Positions 13,620 through 27,299 of a DNA stretch of 64,000 nucleotides are shown in pieces. Within the stretch, counting starts at the first letter, position 1, and each line of letters opens with the position of its first letter. Origin of the DNA: Okamejei kenojei (taxonomy: Eukaryota). The translations under genes were made by a program, and so were the position numbers. The notes beneath the pieces were generated by a model. That model saw only the letters and a program-made list of their open reading frames with translations. It made no database searches and had not been told where the DNA came from. The stretch lies in assembly GCA_035221665.1 (NCBI GenBank), contig CM069131.1, positions 88,536,001 to 88,600,000 of the forward strand, written 5' to 3'.

Positions 13620-15030
13620 TTACAACATAAAAACATAAGACGTTGGAGAAGCTGTGGGCCATCTGCTCTTCGTGGCTATTCCATCATTCAAAGTGATTAT
13701 GGCTGATCTTGTAGCTCACTACTGCTTTCGTGCACTGACCCCAAATCCCTCGATTCCTGTAATATCCAAAACTCTATTTATCTTTGCCTTATATATTCTC
13801 AGTGTCTGAATCAATAAGACCCTGTTTGATAATGAATTATAAAAAATCATGTCTTCTGAGTGAAGAAATTGCTTCTCCTCTCTGTCCTGAATAACTGCCT
13901 CCTTATTTTTTTTATCATTTGCACCTAAGCACTCCCGACAAGGGAAATATCATCCGAACATCTATGTTGTCAATCTTTTAAGAATTTTCATCCTAATAAA
14001 TTCAAGAGAGCATTGCAAACACCCTTTCCCTGTCACCCAACCCAAGCTGCTTAATTCCTATTCATGCAAAAATCGTCCAAGTTAGGAACCAATCTGGTGA
14101 ACTTTCATTACATTCCTCTTATCATAATTATAGAAACATAGAAGCATAGAAAATAGGTGCAGGAGTAGGCCATTCGGCCCTTCGAACCTGCACCACCATT
14201 CAATATGATCATGGCTGATCATCCAACTCAGTATCCCGTACCTGCCTTCTCTCCATACCCCCTGATCACTCTAGCCACAAGGGCCACATCTAACTCCCTC
14301 TTAAATATAGCCTTCTGTTGCAGATAATTCCAGAGATTCCAGCGATTCAAAAAATGTTTTCTCATCTCGGTCCTAAAAGACTTCCCCCTTATCCTTAAAC
14401 TGTGACCCCTTGTTCTGGACTTCCCCAACATTGGGAACAATCTTCCTGCATCTAGCCTGTCCAACCCCTTAAGAATTTTGGGTACACAAAAAGCTGGAGA
14501 AACTCAGCGGGTGCAGCAGCATCTAAGGAGCGAAGGAGATAGGCGACGTTTCGGGTCGAGACCCTTCTTCAGACTATGTTTCTATAAGATCCCCCCTCAA
14601 TCTTCTAAATTCTAGCAAGTACAAGCCGAGTCTATCCAGTCTTTCTTCATATGAAAGTCCTGATATCCCAGGAATCAGTCTGCTGAACGTTCTCTGTACT
14701 CCCTCTATGGCAAGAATGTCTTTCCTCAGATTAGGAGACCAAAACTGTACGCAATACTCCAGGTGTGGTCGCACCTGTACAGCTGTAGTAGAACCTCCCT
14801 GCTCCTATACTCAAATCCTTTTGCTATGAATGCCAACATACCATTATATAATTTCTTAGGCAAGAAGATGTGCCCCTTACACACCATTCCAAGTGGAAAT
14901 CGTATCAGGGTCTTGTATATTTGCAGCAGCATGTCTTAACTCTTGCCTTCAAAATTCTCTCCCAATAAAGGCCAACCTAACTTTTGCCTTCCTAATTGCC
15001 TGTTGTGCCTGTATATTAACACCAAGTAAT
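13620..15030 (-). mobile_element. Nested CR1 LINE fragments (younger copy ~14130-14845 within an older copy)
   Basis: ORFs [29 protein letters not shown] are typical of the CR1 ORF2 C-terminus. Confidence 0.85.
14481..14574 (-). mobile_element. Isolated Penelope tail with hammerhead-like motif inserted into CR1
   Basis: Near reverse complement of 12641-12735; interrupts the CR1 sequence aagaattttg/tatgtttctataag. Confidence 0.8.
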
Positions 15031-15639
15031 TTGTGTACATTCAGGTGCACTGGAGCACAGTTGTAGTGACTACATTCAATCTTTTTTCTATGCCAAGATT
15101 CAAGCTTCTTTATATCCCCAATAATGGGGATTTTAAACTTGTAGTAGGACAAAGCCCAAACGTTAGTCCTTCTAAACAAACTAAGAACAAAAAAAGGAGA
15201 AGAAAAGCTCTGGAGAGAGCAGTAGGCATCTTCTGGAGTCTCCTGAGAGTACTTCATACCATTGAGAAACAGCTTTCAAAGACAATTGCATCCGGAAGCT
15301 TCAATGTTCTGGTGGCACATCTCCAATCATGCAGTCAACGCTGGACCATTCAGCTTCTGGATGTCATTATTTATCTGAATATACCAGCCATGGTGGCTTC
15401 CATAGCTCACAGATTGCAGCATGTCATTGCCTTCTCTACATCAAGTAGATTCTTTATTCAAGGAGAGGAAACGTGTCTCTGTTTCTCGAGCAGAGGGACC
15501 AGGCAGAAAAAGCATGTAGTTTTGTAAAGTTTGTTGGCCTCCTCATCATTGGAGTGCACTGGGGTCTGCACATATGTGAACCAGGTGCCGCACATTTACT
15601 GACTAGAGTAACAATCACTGAGAAAGATATGGGTCAGAC

Positions 15640-15995
15640 TGCACCTCTGGAGATTACAGATAGGTGAGGTTTCAGATCAGGACCCTTCTTCAGCGATTGT
15701 GGTGGGGAGGAAGAATGCTGGAATAGAGGAGTGGTCAGACAAAGCCTGGCAAGTGATAGATGGATACAGGTGGAGGAGGGGGTTGTTTCGATAGGCAAAT
15801 GGTTGGACAAAGGTGAAGATGACAGAGATGAAAATCCAAAAGGTGTGGGATAAGGATTGAAGAGTAGCAAGTTGTCCCAACCTGAAACGTCAACTATCCA
15901 TGTTTCCTGAGATGCTGCCGCACCAGCTAAGTTACTCCAGCACAATGGGTTTTTTTTTTTGTAAACCGGCATCTGCAGTTCCTTGTTTCTGCATT
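15640..15995. mobile_element. Head-to-head Penelope tail fragments
   Basis: Minus-strand tail ~15645-15860 and plus-strand tail ~15870-15995, each with a degenerate hammerhead motif. Confidence 0.6.
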
Positions 15996-16164
15996 TAACA
16001 CGAAGTATGCAGCTAGTAAGTGGCAACTTCCAAATAATTCTAATAGCCAATGCTATTAATCAAGGAACTCAAAAGGTTTATACAGGAAACCAGCATTTCA
16101 AAAAGTTTTAGCCATGTCAATTGGATGACAGTTGAAGGGAGATACAAGAAACTGTTAGAATCGT

Positions 16165-16262
16165 GAGTAAAACACAAAGTGCAGAGGGTGCTCAAGGGGT
16201 CAGGCTGCATCTATGGAGGGAATGGATAAGCACATTTTCGGTTGGGATCCTTCTTCAGACAC
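16165..16262 (-). mobile_element. Penelope tail fragment
   Basis: Minus strand gtctgaagaaggatcccaaccgaaa followed by the tail consensus. Confidence 0.6.
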
Positions 16263-16589
16263 TTGAAGGGAAATGGGTATCCCCTATATCCATGGGTCTT
16301 CACTCCTGCATGGGCTTCTGGAAATGCTAGATGACATCAGTTCAACCACAGCAATAGGGTTACTAAGATTATTGAAGAGCTTGCCATAAAATGAGTTTCT
16401 GTTGATGGATGAGTCAAGGGATTCATTGAAAACATTCTTGAGAGAATTGTCGCCTCCACCATCATTTACTGTATTCTCCACATTCTGAACATAATGTAAC
16501 TTGCGGTGACTGCATTATCTTGTAATAAGAGGTGTAAGAGAAGGTAAAGTCAAATTTATTTTCCTGTGAGTGGGCAAATAGGTTCATTA

Positions 16590-16652
16590 TATGTCTGTCG
16601 TCTGTCTGTCTGTTTGTCTGTCTCTCTGGCTATCTGTCTATCCAACGGTCTG

Positions 16653-16711
<59 letters not shown>
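16590..16711. repeat. (TCTG)n/(TCTA)n microsatellite
   Basis: Read directly. Confidence 0.95.
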
Positions 16712-16712
<1 letters not shown>

Positions 16713-16783
16713 ACTCTCTCTAAAACTCTGATCTTGTGCTCTTCCAGTTTGTGCGGTTTTTCAATTTGCGCAAAAACGGTACG
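16712..16783 (+). mobile_element. 5' fragment of the Helitron family seen at 53344-54314
   Basis: taaaactctgatcttgtgctcttcc...atttgcgcaaaa matches the reverse complement of ~54243-54305. Confidence 0.7.
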
Positions 16784-17172
16784 CAAGAGGCAATTTTCAT
16801 AATTCAAAGTTTATCTTAAGATTTTTTCATAGTAACAGATTCGCTGATTATGTTACTGAATCCTTCACCCCTGAATATCATTTGAGGTAATTTGTAGGTT
16901 ACCCAATAAACATACTGAAAACTCCATAACTGCATTTGAGCTCATAATATATTACCTCCATCATGTCATTTGCCTCAACTTCAGAAAAATATGAAATATG
17001 ATTTACTTGCCCATGATTTAAGCAATAAACTGTCAAACTAACTGCAACTAACAAATTACTTTTACTAATTCAAGCTAGAATTTCATGTGCAGCCTGGTTT
17101 GTCGGTTGTCCACCACATAGTTCTCTTTAATATCAGCTCCAGTGTTTTAGAACAGATGGGAAAATATTCAGA

Positions 17173-17500
17173 TGGGCGGGACTGTGGCATAGACGGTAGA
17201 GCTTGCTACCTCACAGCGCCAGAGTCCCGAGTTTGATCCTAACCTCAGGTGTCACCTGTGTGGCATTTGCACCTTCTTTCTGTGACCACATGGGTTTCCT
17301 CCGAGTGCTCCAATTTCCTACCACATGCCAGACATGCGGGTGTGTAGGTTAATTGGCCCCTAGAAAAATGGCCCTAATGTGTAGGGAGTGGATCAGAAAG
17401 TGAGATAACATAGAACTAGTATGAATAGGTGAGTGATGGTCAGCGAGGATTTGGTGGGCCGAAGGGCCTCTTTCCATGCAGTATCAAAAAACTAAATTAA
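17173..17500 (+). mobile_element. V-SINE (HE1-like)
   Basis: tRNA-like head, V-domain tgggtttcctccg, CR1-like tail gggccgaagggcct. Confidence 0.8.
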
Positions 17501-18829
17501 AATATTTTATGAAAAATGGAACCAGATTACTGGGATAGACGGTGTAAAAAAGTGTAATATATTTATGAAAGGAACTTAATAAGTCCTCCCCACCAAAGAT
17601 ATTTATTAAAAATGTACCAATGGGATACTGTGGGAATTCAGTCAGAAACAGATCTTTCTGAAACTGTTATCGTATTAGCATAAGAAAATCTGATCTATGA
17701 AACCTTTACTAAAACAATTAGCCAAAATGAAGTTTGCTGAATAATCAGCATCAAATTGAATATATATTCCTGATCCATCATAAAGTCTATCTCTGATCTA
17801 GTTAAAGTGAACAAGACAAACTGAGCAAACTAATGATCAAACTAAAGGAAATATAAATACATGTCTTTCACATGCTCCCATTAGTTGTACTTAAATTTAT
17901 TTGGCTTCTCTGTCAGACTCTTGATTATGCAGCCAAAGCTGGTGTGTAATAGCACCCACGTCTTTTTTTTAATTTATGAGCCTGGATCTTAACCAGAAAT
18001 GTTGGATTTTTATTCATTAGCACTCTCTGTGAAAATCTTGTCATCAATGTTGGCGGTGCTGGCTCGAAGGGCCGAATGGCCTCCTCCTGCACCTTTTTTC
18101 TATGTTTTTCTAAAGCTAAAAGAACAAACCTGATTTTTAAGAAAAATATTCATGTATAATTTTCTCACAATTTCTTTGGATAGATTAAATTGCCTTTATT
18201 ATCCAAAGGAAAATCACCACTGCTTCAGAAGAAAAATGCATTCTTCTGATTTTGCACGCTGAGATAAGTAAAACATTATTCCAATGCTGACATGATCATT
18301 ACACTCTAACATGCACATCTTCCAATGGATGTAGGGAGATGACACACTTAGATGTTTTGTATTATGGATAGATAAATAAACACATAACTGTGAGGAGAAA
18401 CAATATGAAGCTTTAGAGTAAAACTAGTTTATATTTTATACTTTCCTCTAAGGGACAATGTTGCTGATGCATTGTCGTTAGCATGAAAATAACTGTGCAA
18501 TGAATGTGCATTTATAAACATTAATATTTTTTATTAATAATCACAAAATACATTTTAAAACGTAACTACAAATAAAATATAAAACAAACAAATCATGGTG
18601 TGGAATTGGGAATGGGAAAATCCTCGACATGCTCATGAATTATTAAACCAAGTTAAATTTAGGAGGCTGGATATTGAACTTATTTTGTGGTATTTTTCTC
18701 TCAATCAAGATAAGAAAGCATGCAAAACTACTGAAAGCACAGTTCCCTTGCCAAATAAAAAGTAAGATGCTTTTACCATCCTGAATTGATATCCATAGTT
18801 TTAATCAATTACAATTTTTATACCTGCAG

Positions 18830-19170
18830 AACCAGTAAACAGTGAAGCCTACCCTGTGTTCTTTATAAAGTCGTATACTTCAAGATATTGTGCATAACTG
18901 CAAAATATCATTCCAACTTATATACTCAATTCCATGACTTATGAAGGCCAATGTGCCAAAAACCTTCTTACCACCTTATTTATCTGGAATGCCACTTTCA
19001 GAGAACTATGTACTGCTCGATCCTTCTGCACTACAACCCTCCCCAGGGACCTACTGTTCACTGAGAAGATCCTGTCATAGTTTGACTTCCCAAAATGCAA
19101 CACCTCACATTTATCTGAATTAAACTCCATTAGCCATTCTCATGGTCCACTTGCTCAACTAATCAAAAGT
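18830..19170 (-). mobile_element. CR1 LINE fragment
   Basis: ORF 18939..19130 MEFNSDKCEVLHFGKSN. Confidence 0.8.
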
Positions 19171-22100
19171 TCTGCTATAACAAAGACCTTCTCACAATAA
19201 TCAACATGTAAACTTTGGAAAAAAATCATTGGTCTTTTCAAAATTCTTTAGGTGTCTTTGGTTCAACACTCTTGATAAAAACTCATTTACTTACCAGCAC
19301 TCCAAATTTTTCATTCAATCCCAACTAATGTGCACAAGTTCTAGTAATTTCCTTCACAATCACAGTACCAGAATATTCAACATGAATTTCTTAAAAGGAC
19401 AAATAGTGCTGGAGTTACTCCTGCAGTCTGTGTCCCTTTGTGTAAACCACCTTCTGCAGTTCCTTGTTTCTAGATTCTGAAGTTCTTTAAAAAATGTATT
19501 TTAATTACAGTTCATAATTCATCCCATCCACAACTTACTTCATCGGTTATACTATGGTCTCATTGTGCCTTCATGTCTACCTCTGAGACTTGAAACCAGA
19601 AGCTATTTTTACAACTTTCAATGAGTAATTCTTGCATTTAATTTCTATATCTGAATTCTCAATTAGTAATCTTGACATGGCAATCTGCATTTGCACTTTA
19701 TTTCCACTTTCCCTCTTTGATCATGTAATCATATTGAGGTGAGGGAATTAGCCATATTTGCATTTGCAATAAACCATTGGCAGTAGTGCTGATTCAGGGC
19801 CAAGAATTACTAGTTAATGGACTGTGACCAAAATAGAAGATTTGCCCAATAGGAATTGACAAAACCTTTCCACTCTAAAGATTATTTATAGTCTCTCTTT
19901 CTCAATTTGAGCAATTTCCCCCCCCCCAATCTTTGACAATGCATATGACGCAAGCACAGTTGGCTTTACTTGACCATCATTCATTATGTGATTCTTGACT
20001 TTTAACAGTCATCACTCTTTTGCAGGACTATCAGTCAACTCAGTTTGTTCCATAAATGTTTGAGTAACCTTGCTGTGTGTAAATTAGACGTCCTACTTCC
20101 TATGTTATTATACACCAGAAAGTACTTCATAGACTGTGCAGTGCTTTCAAACATGTTGTGAAAATGGCTCTATAAATATGGGGACTTATTTCTTCTTTAA
20201 ATAAAAATGGAGCTTGGTGCTTCAAAGATGAATGATCAAATTGGACCTCAGCAGTGCATAAAGAGAATTCATTCATAAAATATTGTTGCAAGCAATACAG
20301 CACCAGGATTAATAATTTGTGCAAATACAATAAGCTTTTCAGTGCTTGTCAGCATCAATCATCTTTTATCCTTTTCAAGTGCTTGATATTTCTTAAACAC
20401 AATTGTTCTTTTACAGAAAAAAATAATAATTCTATATGCCAACAAATTGTTATATGGTTAAAATAAATTCCTTTGTAGAGATTATTTCAGGCTGAGGATC
20501 CACTATCAGGGCTTACTGTCACTGAAACCTATGAATTACTGAAAATTGATTCAATTTGTATCAGTAACAAAAGGTCACTGTGTTCAATTTAAACTTGATT
20601 CATTTATAAATTGTAAAGGAACACCTGTAAGTAAAAGTGATCCTATCTGGATCAGTCGCTTTAGCTCTGATTTCGAACACCAAAGTGCTGATTATCATAT
20701 AACTTATCGGTTATCTTAAAGCTTTGTTCTGAACCAGGTTTAACTTTAACTATAAAGGACAACTATTTTATGAAGCAAAATAGGAAACGTTTGCTTTTAT
20801 TTACTGAGTTGTTCCACGATATTATACATTCTTAGTAAAAAAAACAGACAATTAATAATTTGTTTAAAAAAAATTAATAGCAGAGGAATGCTCTGTTAAC
20901 ACATTATTTTAAAATCTATTTATTCTCCTGGGTGGTATCCCACTGCAAGATAAACATGCAAAAGCAATATCATTGGAAGCATCAAATCTGCCCTCTGATA
21001 GAATTGACTCTATCCCTCACAAGATAATGCACTGTTAACGGGTGTGTCTTTTTTAAATGTTGATTTTGTATCTGCCTCAAACTGGCCCCAAGTTTGTTTT
21101 GTACGTCTCTGGCAGCTCGTTTTCCATCTATGTACCCCCTTGTTAACAGTAAACTAAACAGTATAACACTTAAAAGCCATAACATTTTGATATTGTGTTT
21201 GGATATGTAAAGACAATTATAGACTTTCTGAATACATCTTAGAAATCTTGATCATAACATCAATAAGAACTTGCATTTTGATAGCACCCTTAATTCTGAA
21301 CAACATTTCAAAGTATTTAAGAGGCATTTAAGATTTTTCTGGATTGACACTGGGATTAAACGGGGAATGAAGGGATGTGCATCATTTGCAGATTCTTTCA
21401 ACTTGCCATCATGTTTGGCATGGACTTTGTAGACTGAAAGACCTGTTCCTGTGCTGAACTGTGCTATGTTCCATGTTCTAAGTGAATTATAATGGGATAA
21501 CCAGATAAAAAGGGATGTTGAGCGAGTAGAGCCATCAGGCCAACTGACCTTAGTCAGACAGCAAGGCTTTACATTAGGTCTAACAGAAGGGATGGAAATG
21601 GGAGTGGTGTGGTTGCTGGGGATTAATTTACAGAAAATTGTGTGGCAATAATTGCAGTCACTGTTGTCAGACACAACTAAAAGGAAATGGAATCCTCATA
21701 GTGGAGCAGGAGGTTAGAGATAGTAAGGTGAAGTGGTGCCCTTGTGGACTTATGAGGAGAGGAGTGATGGGTTAGCAGAATTTTTATTATGGGACAGGGT
21801 ACAAACAGCAAAGTTTCAGGAAAACCAAAGGTTTTAGTGTGTGAAGACCAGGAAACCACTTGGGACAGGGACTGGGAAACTAGTCCCAGTGTTTATTCTT
21901 GATGCCGTATTTTGTCAAATACAGTCTCTCACACACAAGCATATAATTCAGCATCTTTGTTCACTTATGGACAAGGATCATAATGAAACCTAGCATTGAG
22001 TGGTCCTGGTTTAAACCTGACATCCATGTTCATGAACCATCCATCATTCTGTTGATCGCTGAAAGTACATTGATGGTAATTGGCTGAAAAAGTATGTCCT

Positions 22101-22616
22101 GCTGTTTGTTGACAGGGTATTCCTGGACAAATCTCCTCTTTGTCAGGTGGAATACATTGTTGAACCATTGGAGCATTACCTGGATCTCCAGTACAAACCT
22201 TCAGAGGCACAGCAAGGATATAAAACTGGCCCCAAGTTCATTTTAAATAATAATTCTTGATATCGTGGAGTGAACTGAATTGACTGAAAACTGGCTTAGC
22301 ATGCAAAATAAATAGCTCAATTATTACACAACCAATAGATCAAATGAAAGCTTTGTACCCTGGCCACATTTAGTCGTGATTGAAAGCAGACAATTAACAG
22401 CTAAAAGGAAGGGGAGGCTGCAAGAATATTTTCATCTTCTTTGATGGTGGGAATTCGCCTGCGAGCACTAAAAACGAGCCATATAAATCATAGCCACGTG
22501 CAGTCCACAGTACTGAATAAATGATCCATCTCTTTTTCTTCCTGAAATCCCCACCACCACAAAAAAACAATCTCCTGCCAATTAAATTCACTGAAAATGA
22601 TAGCAAAGGACAGGAA

Positions 22617-22794
22617 NNNNNNNNNNNNNNNNNNNNNNNNNNNNNNNNNNNNNNNNNNNNNNNNNNNNNNNNNNNNNNNNNNNNNNNNNNNNNNNNNNNN
22701 NNNNNNNNNNNNNNNNNNNNNNNNNNNNNNNNNNNNNNNNNNNNNNNNNNNNNNNNNNNNNNNNNNNNNNNNNNNNNNNNNNNNNNNNNNNNNN
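22617..22794. other. Assembly gap (178 N)
   Basis: Run of n. Confidence 1.
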
Positions 22795-22959
22795 CTGCCT
22801 ATCACCCCCACCCCCACCCTCCCTCTGTTGGGTCCCTCTATTACTTGCCAGGCTTCATGCTGCCACTCCTCTTCCAGCATTCTCTTCACCACCCCACCCC
22901 CACCGCAATCAGTCTGTAGAAAGGTCCCAACCAGTAATGCCACCTATCCATGATACACC

Positions 22960-23445
22960 ATTTTACACCTCAAAGCTTTACAACATCTGTAAACCACAAG
23001 TCACCCTCCACTTGCCTGCATGAGTACAGCTCCAACAATCCACAATCTGGAACATCATCCAAGACCATGATTGTCATCCATCCACCATCCTCAACATTCA
23101 TTCTCTCTATCACCAGTGCACAGTAGCTGCAATGTGTACCATCTACAAAATACATTGCTGTTATTCACTCAGGCTAATCTGACAGCACCCCCCAAACCTG
23201 CAAGCTCTACAGCAAGATTAACCAGAACACCAGGCACACAGGAACACCACCATCTGCAGGTTCCCCTCCAATTTACATTTCATCCTGGTTTGGAATATCA
23301 CAAGTCCTTTATTGTTACCGAGTGCAAATCCTGGACTTCCCTATTGTTCGGCTATTTTCACCGAATTACTTCACCAGAAAGACTCCAGTCAGTAAAGAAG
23401 GCAACTCTCTACCATCTTCTTGAAGACAATAAGCGATATATGCTG
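22960..23445 (+). mobile_element. Old CR1/L2-superfamily LINE 3' remnant
   Basis: Degenerate text (cattctctctatcaccagtgcacagtagctgcaatgtgtaccatctacaa; aagaaggcaactctctaccatcttct) recalled from elasmobranch LINE tails. Confidence 0.45.
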
Positions 23446-23594
23446 GTCTTGACAGCAATGCAGAATCATGAAAATAAAATATTTCCCATCATCAAGAGTG
23501 AGCTTTCAAGGAGATATCTCCCCTTGGCAGATATTTATGTGTTCATCGTAATTTACTGCTGCTTGTGACAGGTCTACCTTGTCGGTATACATAG

Positions 23595-23722
23595 TGTGTG
23601 AAGTTTTGGGTCGAGACCCTTCTTCAGACCCTTCTTCAGTCTCAACCCGAAACTTCACCTTTTCCTTCTATCCAGAGATGCTGCCTCTCCCACTGAGTTA
23701 CTCCAGCTTTTTCTGTCAATCT
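23595..23722. repeat. Fold-back Penelope tail with rearranged hammerhead apex
   Basis: gggtcgagacccttcttcagacccttcttcagtctcaacccgaaac. Confidence 0.65.
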
Positions 23723-23924
23723 GTGGAATGGTAAAGATTGGATTTCATCACCACAGGAACTTTTCCATGGTCATCCCAACCAAACCGTCAAAGCATTTTC
23801 ATCAGCGTCTGGTGTATTGGTGAGAACTCGATTGTAAGCCTTCCTTCCTTGTTGGTTTTCCCCCACACCTGTTACAGGCTGGGTCTGCTAGTTATGTCCT
23901 TCTGGAGCCATCCAGTTCAGTAAT

Positions 23925-24180
23925 GGTGGCACGATGGCGCAGCGGTAGAGTTGCTTCCTTACAGTGCATCAGCGCCAGAGACCCTGGTTAGATCCCAACT
24001 ACGGGTGCTGTCTGTACAGAGTTTGTACGTTCTTCCCATGACCTTGTGGGTTTTCTCTGATATCCTCGGTTTCCTCCCACCCTCCAAAGACATACAGGTA
24101 TGTAGGTTAATTGGTGGTGGATGCGGGCTCAGTGGGCCGAAGGGCCTGTTTCCGTGCTGTATCTCTAAACTAAACTAAAC
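23925..24180 (+). mobile_element. V-SINE (HE1-like)
   Basis: ggtggcacgatggcgcagcggtagag head; ctaaactaaactaaac tail. Confidence 0.85.
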
Positions 24181-26694
24181 ACTCTTGGTGATGGAACATC
24201 TCCACACAGACTATATCCTTGAGCTTGTTATACTCAGGCAACTTCAAAATGATGATTAAAATGGAAAAGATATGACATACCATTTATTTTGTGACTCTTT
24301 GGATTTTAAAGGGGGTACTTGTGTGAAGATTGGACCTAACAGTGTATTTTAATGTTGAAATCGTCAATATTTCTGGAGTCATTGGGAAGCAACCCATTTG
24401 GATCATGAGTGTAAGCACCACTTGGGTTCGCATGTGATGAGTTCTGAAGATATCAGGATCTGTCCTATTATCATTTTGTGGGCTGCGAAGAATAAATGCT
24501 GTAACATAATAAATGTTATGGCTTCAGGTGTTTAAGTCACTTGTCTGGCCTGGACCCTACTTATTAGATACACCGGGAGAATGACGATGCAGGAGTCATT
24601 TTCAGGCACAGCCGAGTGACTCCCACCTCAGACATCTCCATTTGTCATCCTATCTCTCAAATGTAATTTTAAGAGTCAAATTTTTTTCCCACCCTCCACC
24701 CCCAGAAATAATCAAATACTGGATCCCATTGCAAGTGAACTGTGAATTTTAACCACAAAATGGAAATGGTGTTATGTATTAATTTTCACTGAGCAATACA
24801 TTCTAAATTGTTGAAACAAATTATTCAGGTGTTCTGACATACATATGAATGCAGACTATATTAGCAGTCTGCACATATCGATGGGCTTGAAACAATCAAC
24901 AATGAAAACTAAATTGTGCTGTGCTTTCAATATTTTAGTTGTAACCTGTTTATGCAAATTTCACCCTTGTCCAAGGTATAAAATAAAATAGATTACCTCA
25001 GAAGAAAACTAGCTCAAATCAGATTACCATTTTCATTGGTAAGGCTTATATATGTATAATAATACAATGATGTTGCTAACAGGGAAATTAACTTATTAAC
25101 ATCAGTTATATACAAAAGCAGAACAAATCATTTTCTTCTTTTGAAACAGCAAAGATACTCTGTTTAAAAAAAAGGGTGTGCTAGATCTGGCCAATTTACA
25201 CCATAGGAAATGTAGTATATTTGAACGTTCTCTTAAAGATGAGACTTGCATTCACTACAAATGTCCAAGACAAAACAGAAATTATTAAATGGCTTTGTAA
25301 CTAAGCCTAAGAGTAGGTTGGAGGGATACAAAACTCAAAAGGCTCTTAGACAATCTTACTCTCTGGCTAAATATAGCACCACTGAAAATGCTTACCTTGT
25401 GTATTGCTGGCACATCAGAGCATACATAATACAGGAGGGAACAAATTTGACCATTTTAACAACTTAACAATTGCACTATTTTTGCAAAGCAGATATTGCT
25501 GAATTTCATCCAAATTTGCACACACTGAGTTCAGAATGTCTAATGTTGAAGGCTATTTTGAAACGCATTCTGTAGCTATGTATTTGCAACTTGATTGACA
25601 GTGCCAAGGCATTTTTAATCACTTTTTCACACTCAATGGCGACTATACTGGCTTGTTGTAAGACAGCTGACCTGCTGCCACTGTGCATTTGGATTGTAAC
25701 CACAGTACACTGTGTCCTCTATGACAGAACTGAAGGCCCTTTATAATTAGATTGACCATTTGTCTCCAGTTTTAGTAAGGATCAGAAATTCAGCAGGATG
25801 ATAGCAATTGCCCTTTAGCAGATAAAAGCGCTGCCAAATTGCAGTGGATTAGGTAGCACATGCTTCAGCGTAAGTGGGCGTGTACTGAACACTGAAACTT
25901 GAGGACTGCCAAATGAAGTGGTAATGAATATGGTGGAATGCTTGCGTCACTGGGCTGTGACCTGCACATTTGTAATATCCACATCATGTGCCTGGGAGTG
26001 GAAGACAGTGGCTGCGAGAGCGGTTAAACATTCGAGTTGACACAACAGCTGTTTCATCCCAATTCAAACACATAAGCAAAGACACAGTTGAAACAGGATC
26101 TAATTAGTTCTGTGCAGAAACACATGGACAATCTGAACAAATGCAACAAATAAATCATAAGAAAACATCCTTTTGAAATTCTGTTCCAAACTCTTGAAAC
26201 AGCAGATTTTGAAACATTTGCTCAATTAAAAGTTTAGTTTGCATTAATACAGCAATTCTTCTGGAATTGCTTATGATGAAGCAAAGTAAAAATATTTATT
26301 TTTAATAATGAGATGCTTTGGTCTAACCTACACATGAGTGAAAAAAAATCCTACTTTCACTTGCCACCCTGCTTTCAATATTTCACCCACTTATTTGACA
26401 ATTGTTGCCTGCTAAAGCGGAAAAAAAAATCGATATTCAGTAATTTCACGTTAATTTTTTTTCAAGTAGCTGTTATTCTGTCAGAAATAAATTTAGTTTT
26501 TCAATGACAGCAAAAATTCATGTTCTGAAATCAACTTTCTTCTGATTAGAAATGAGGGCGTCACAAATCATGGACCATTTACGTCATTGCCATGGCATGT
26601 ATAGAATTTTTACTTAGGAACTTCAAAGCAACGTGCCTCAGTGCCATGCACGTGAAAACAAATGGAAAATAGACAACATTTCAGCTAAAAAAGT

Positions 26695-26880
26695 GGAGAC
26701 ACAAGACCCTGTAGATGCTGGAATCTGGAGCAATAAACAGTTTGCTGGAGGAACTCAAAATTTTGGGTTGAAACCCTGCATCAGGTAAATGATCAGAGAT
26801 GCTGCTTGTCCTGCTGAGTTACTCCAGCATTTCGTGTCTACCTTTGATTTAAACCAGCATCTACAGTTCTTTCCTACACA
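26695..26880. repeat. Fold-back Penelope tail remnant
   Basis: gtagatgctgg...tgctggaggaactca versus tgagttactccagca...ccagcatctac. Confidence 0.6.
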
Positions 26881-27299
26881 TATCAGATAAATTATGTTCT
26901 GTTGACTTTGGAAACAAATACTAAGTCCTCAGCTCAACTTTGGATTTCTACAGACGAATAAAAGGAATTAGATAATTGGCCTACTCCTTATAAGGGGTAT
27001 GCATGAGAGCTTGGAACCTAATACCTTAAGTTTCCACATGCACAAGGGGGAACTAATACCTCATAGCTGAACTGCTTGAGGTGAAACCACACTTGATTGG
27101 CTGATTTGCAGCAGTGGGCCACATCATTCAGTCCACCAAAGTTCTTTCTGTCAGGGATTCAGCAACCTTGACTGCTGTGGCTAATTGGTTTCTTGTCTCC
27201 CTCCAAAACAAAGTTATAACCTAAAAGACCTAACCCTACAATCTGTAAGCATCAGCAGGATCAACAGCAATGGTCATAAGAAGCTTAATTACATAAAAT

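Noticed and set aside
22488-22953. ORFs of 118-151 aa
   Set aside because: They are open only because they span the N gap.
23925-24000. tRNA-like sequences with A and B boxes (also 17173, 39117 and others)
   Set aside because: They are SINE heads followed by V-domain and LINE-like tail, not tRNA genes.
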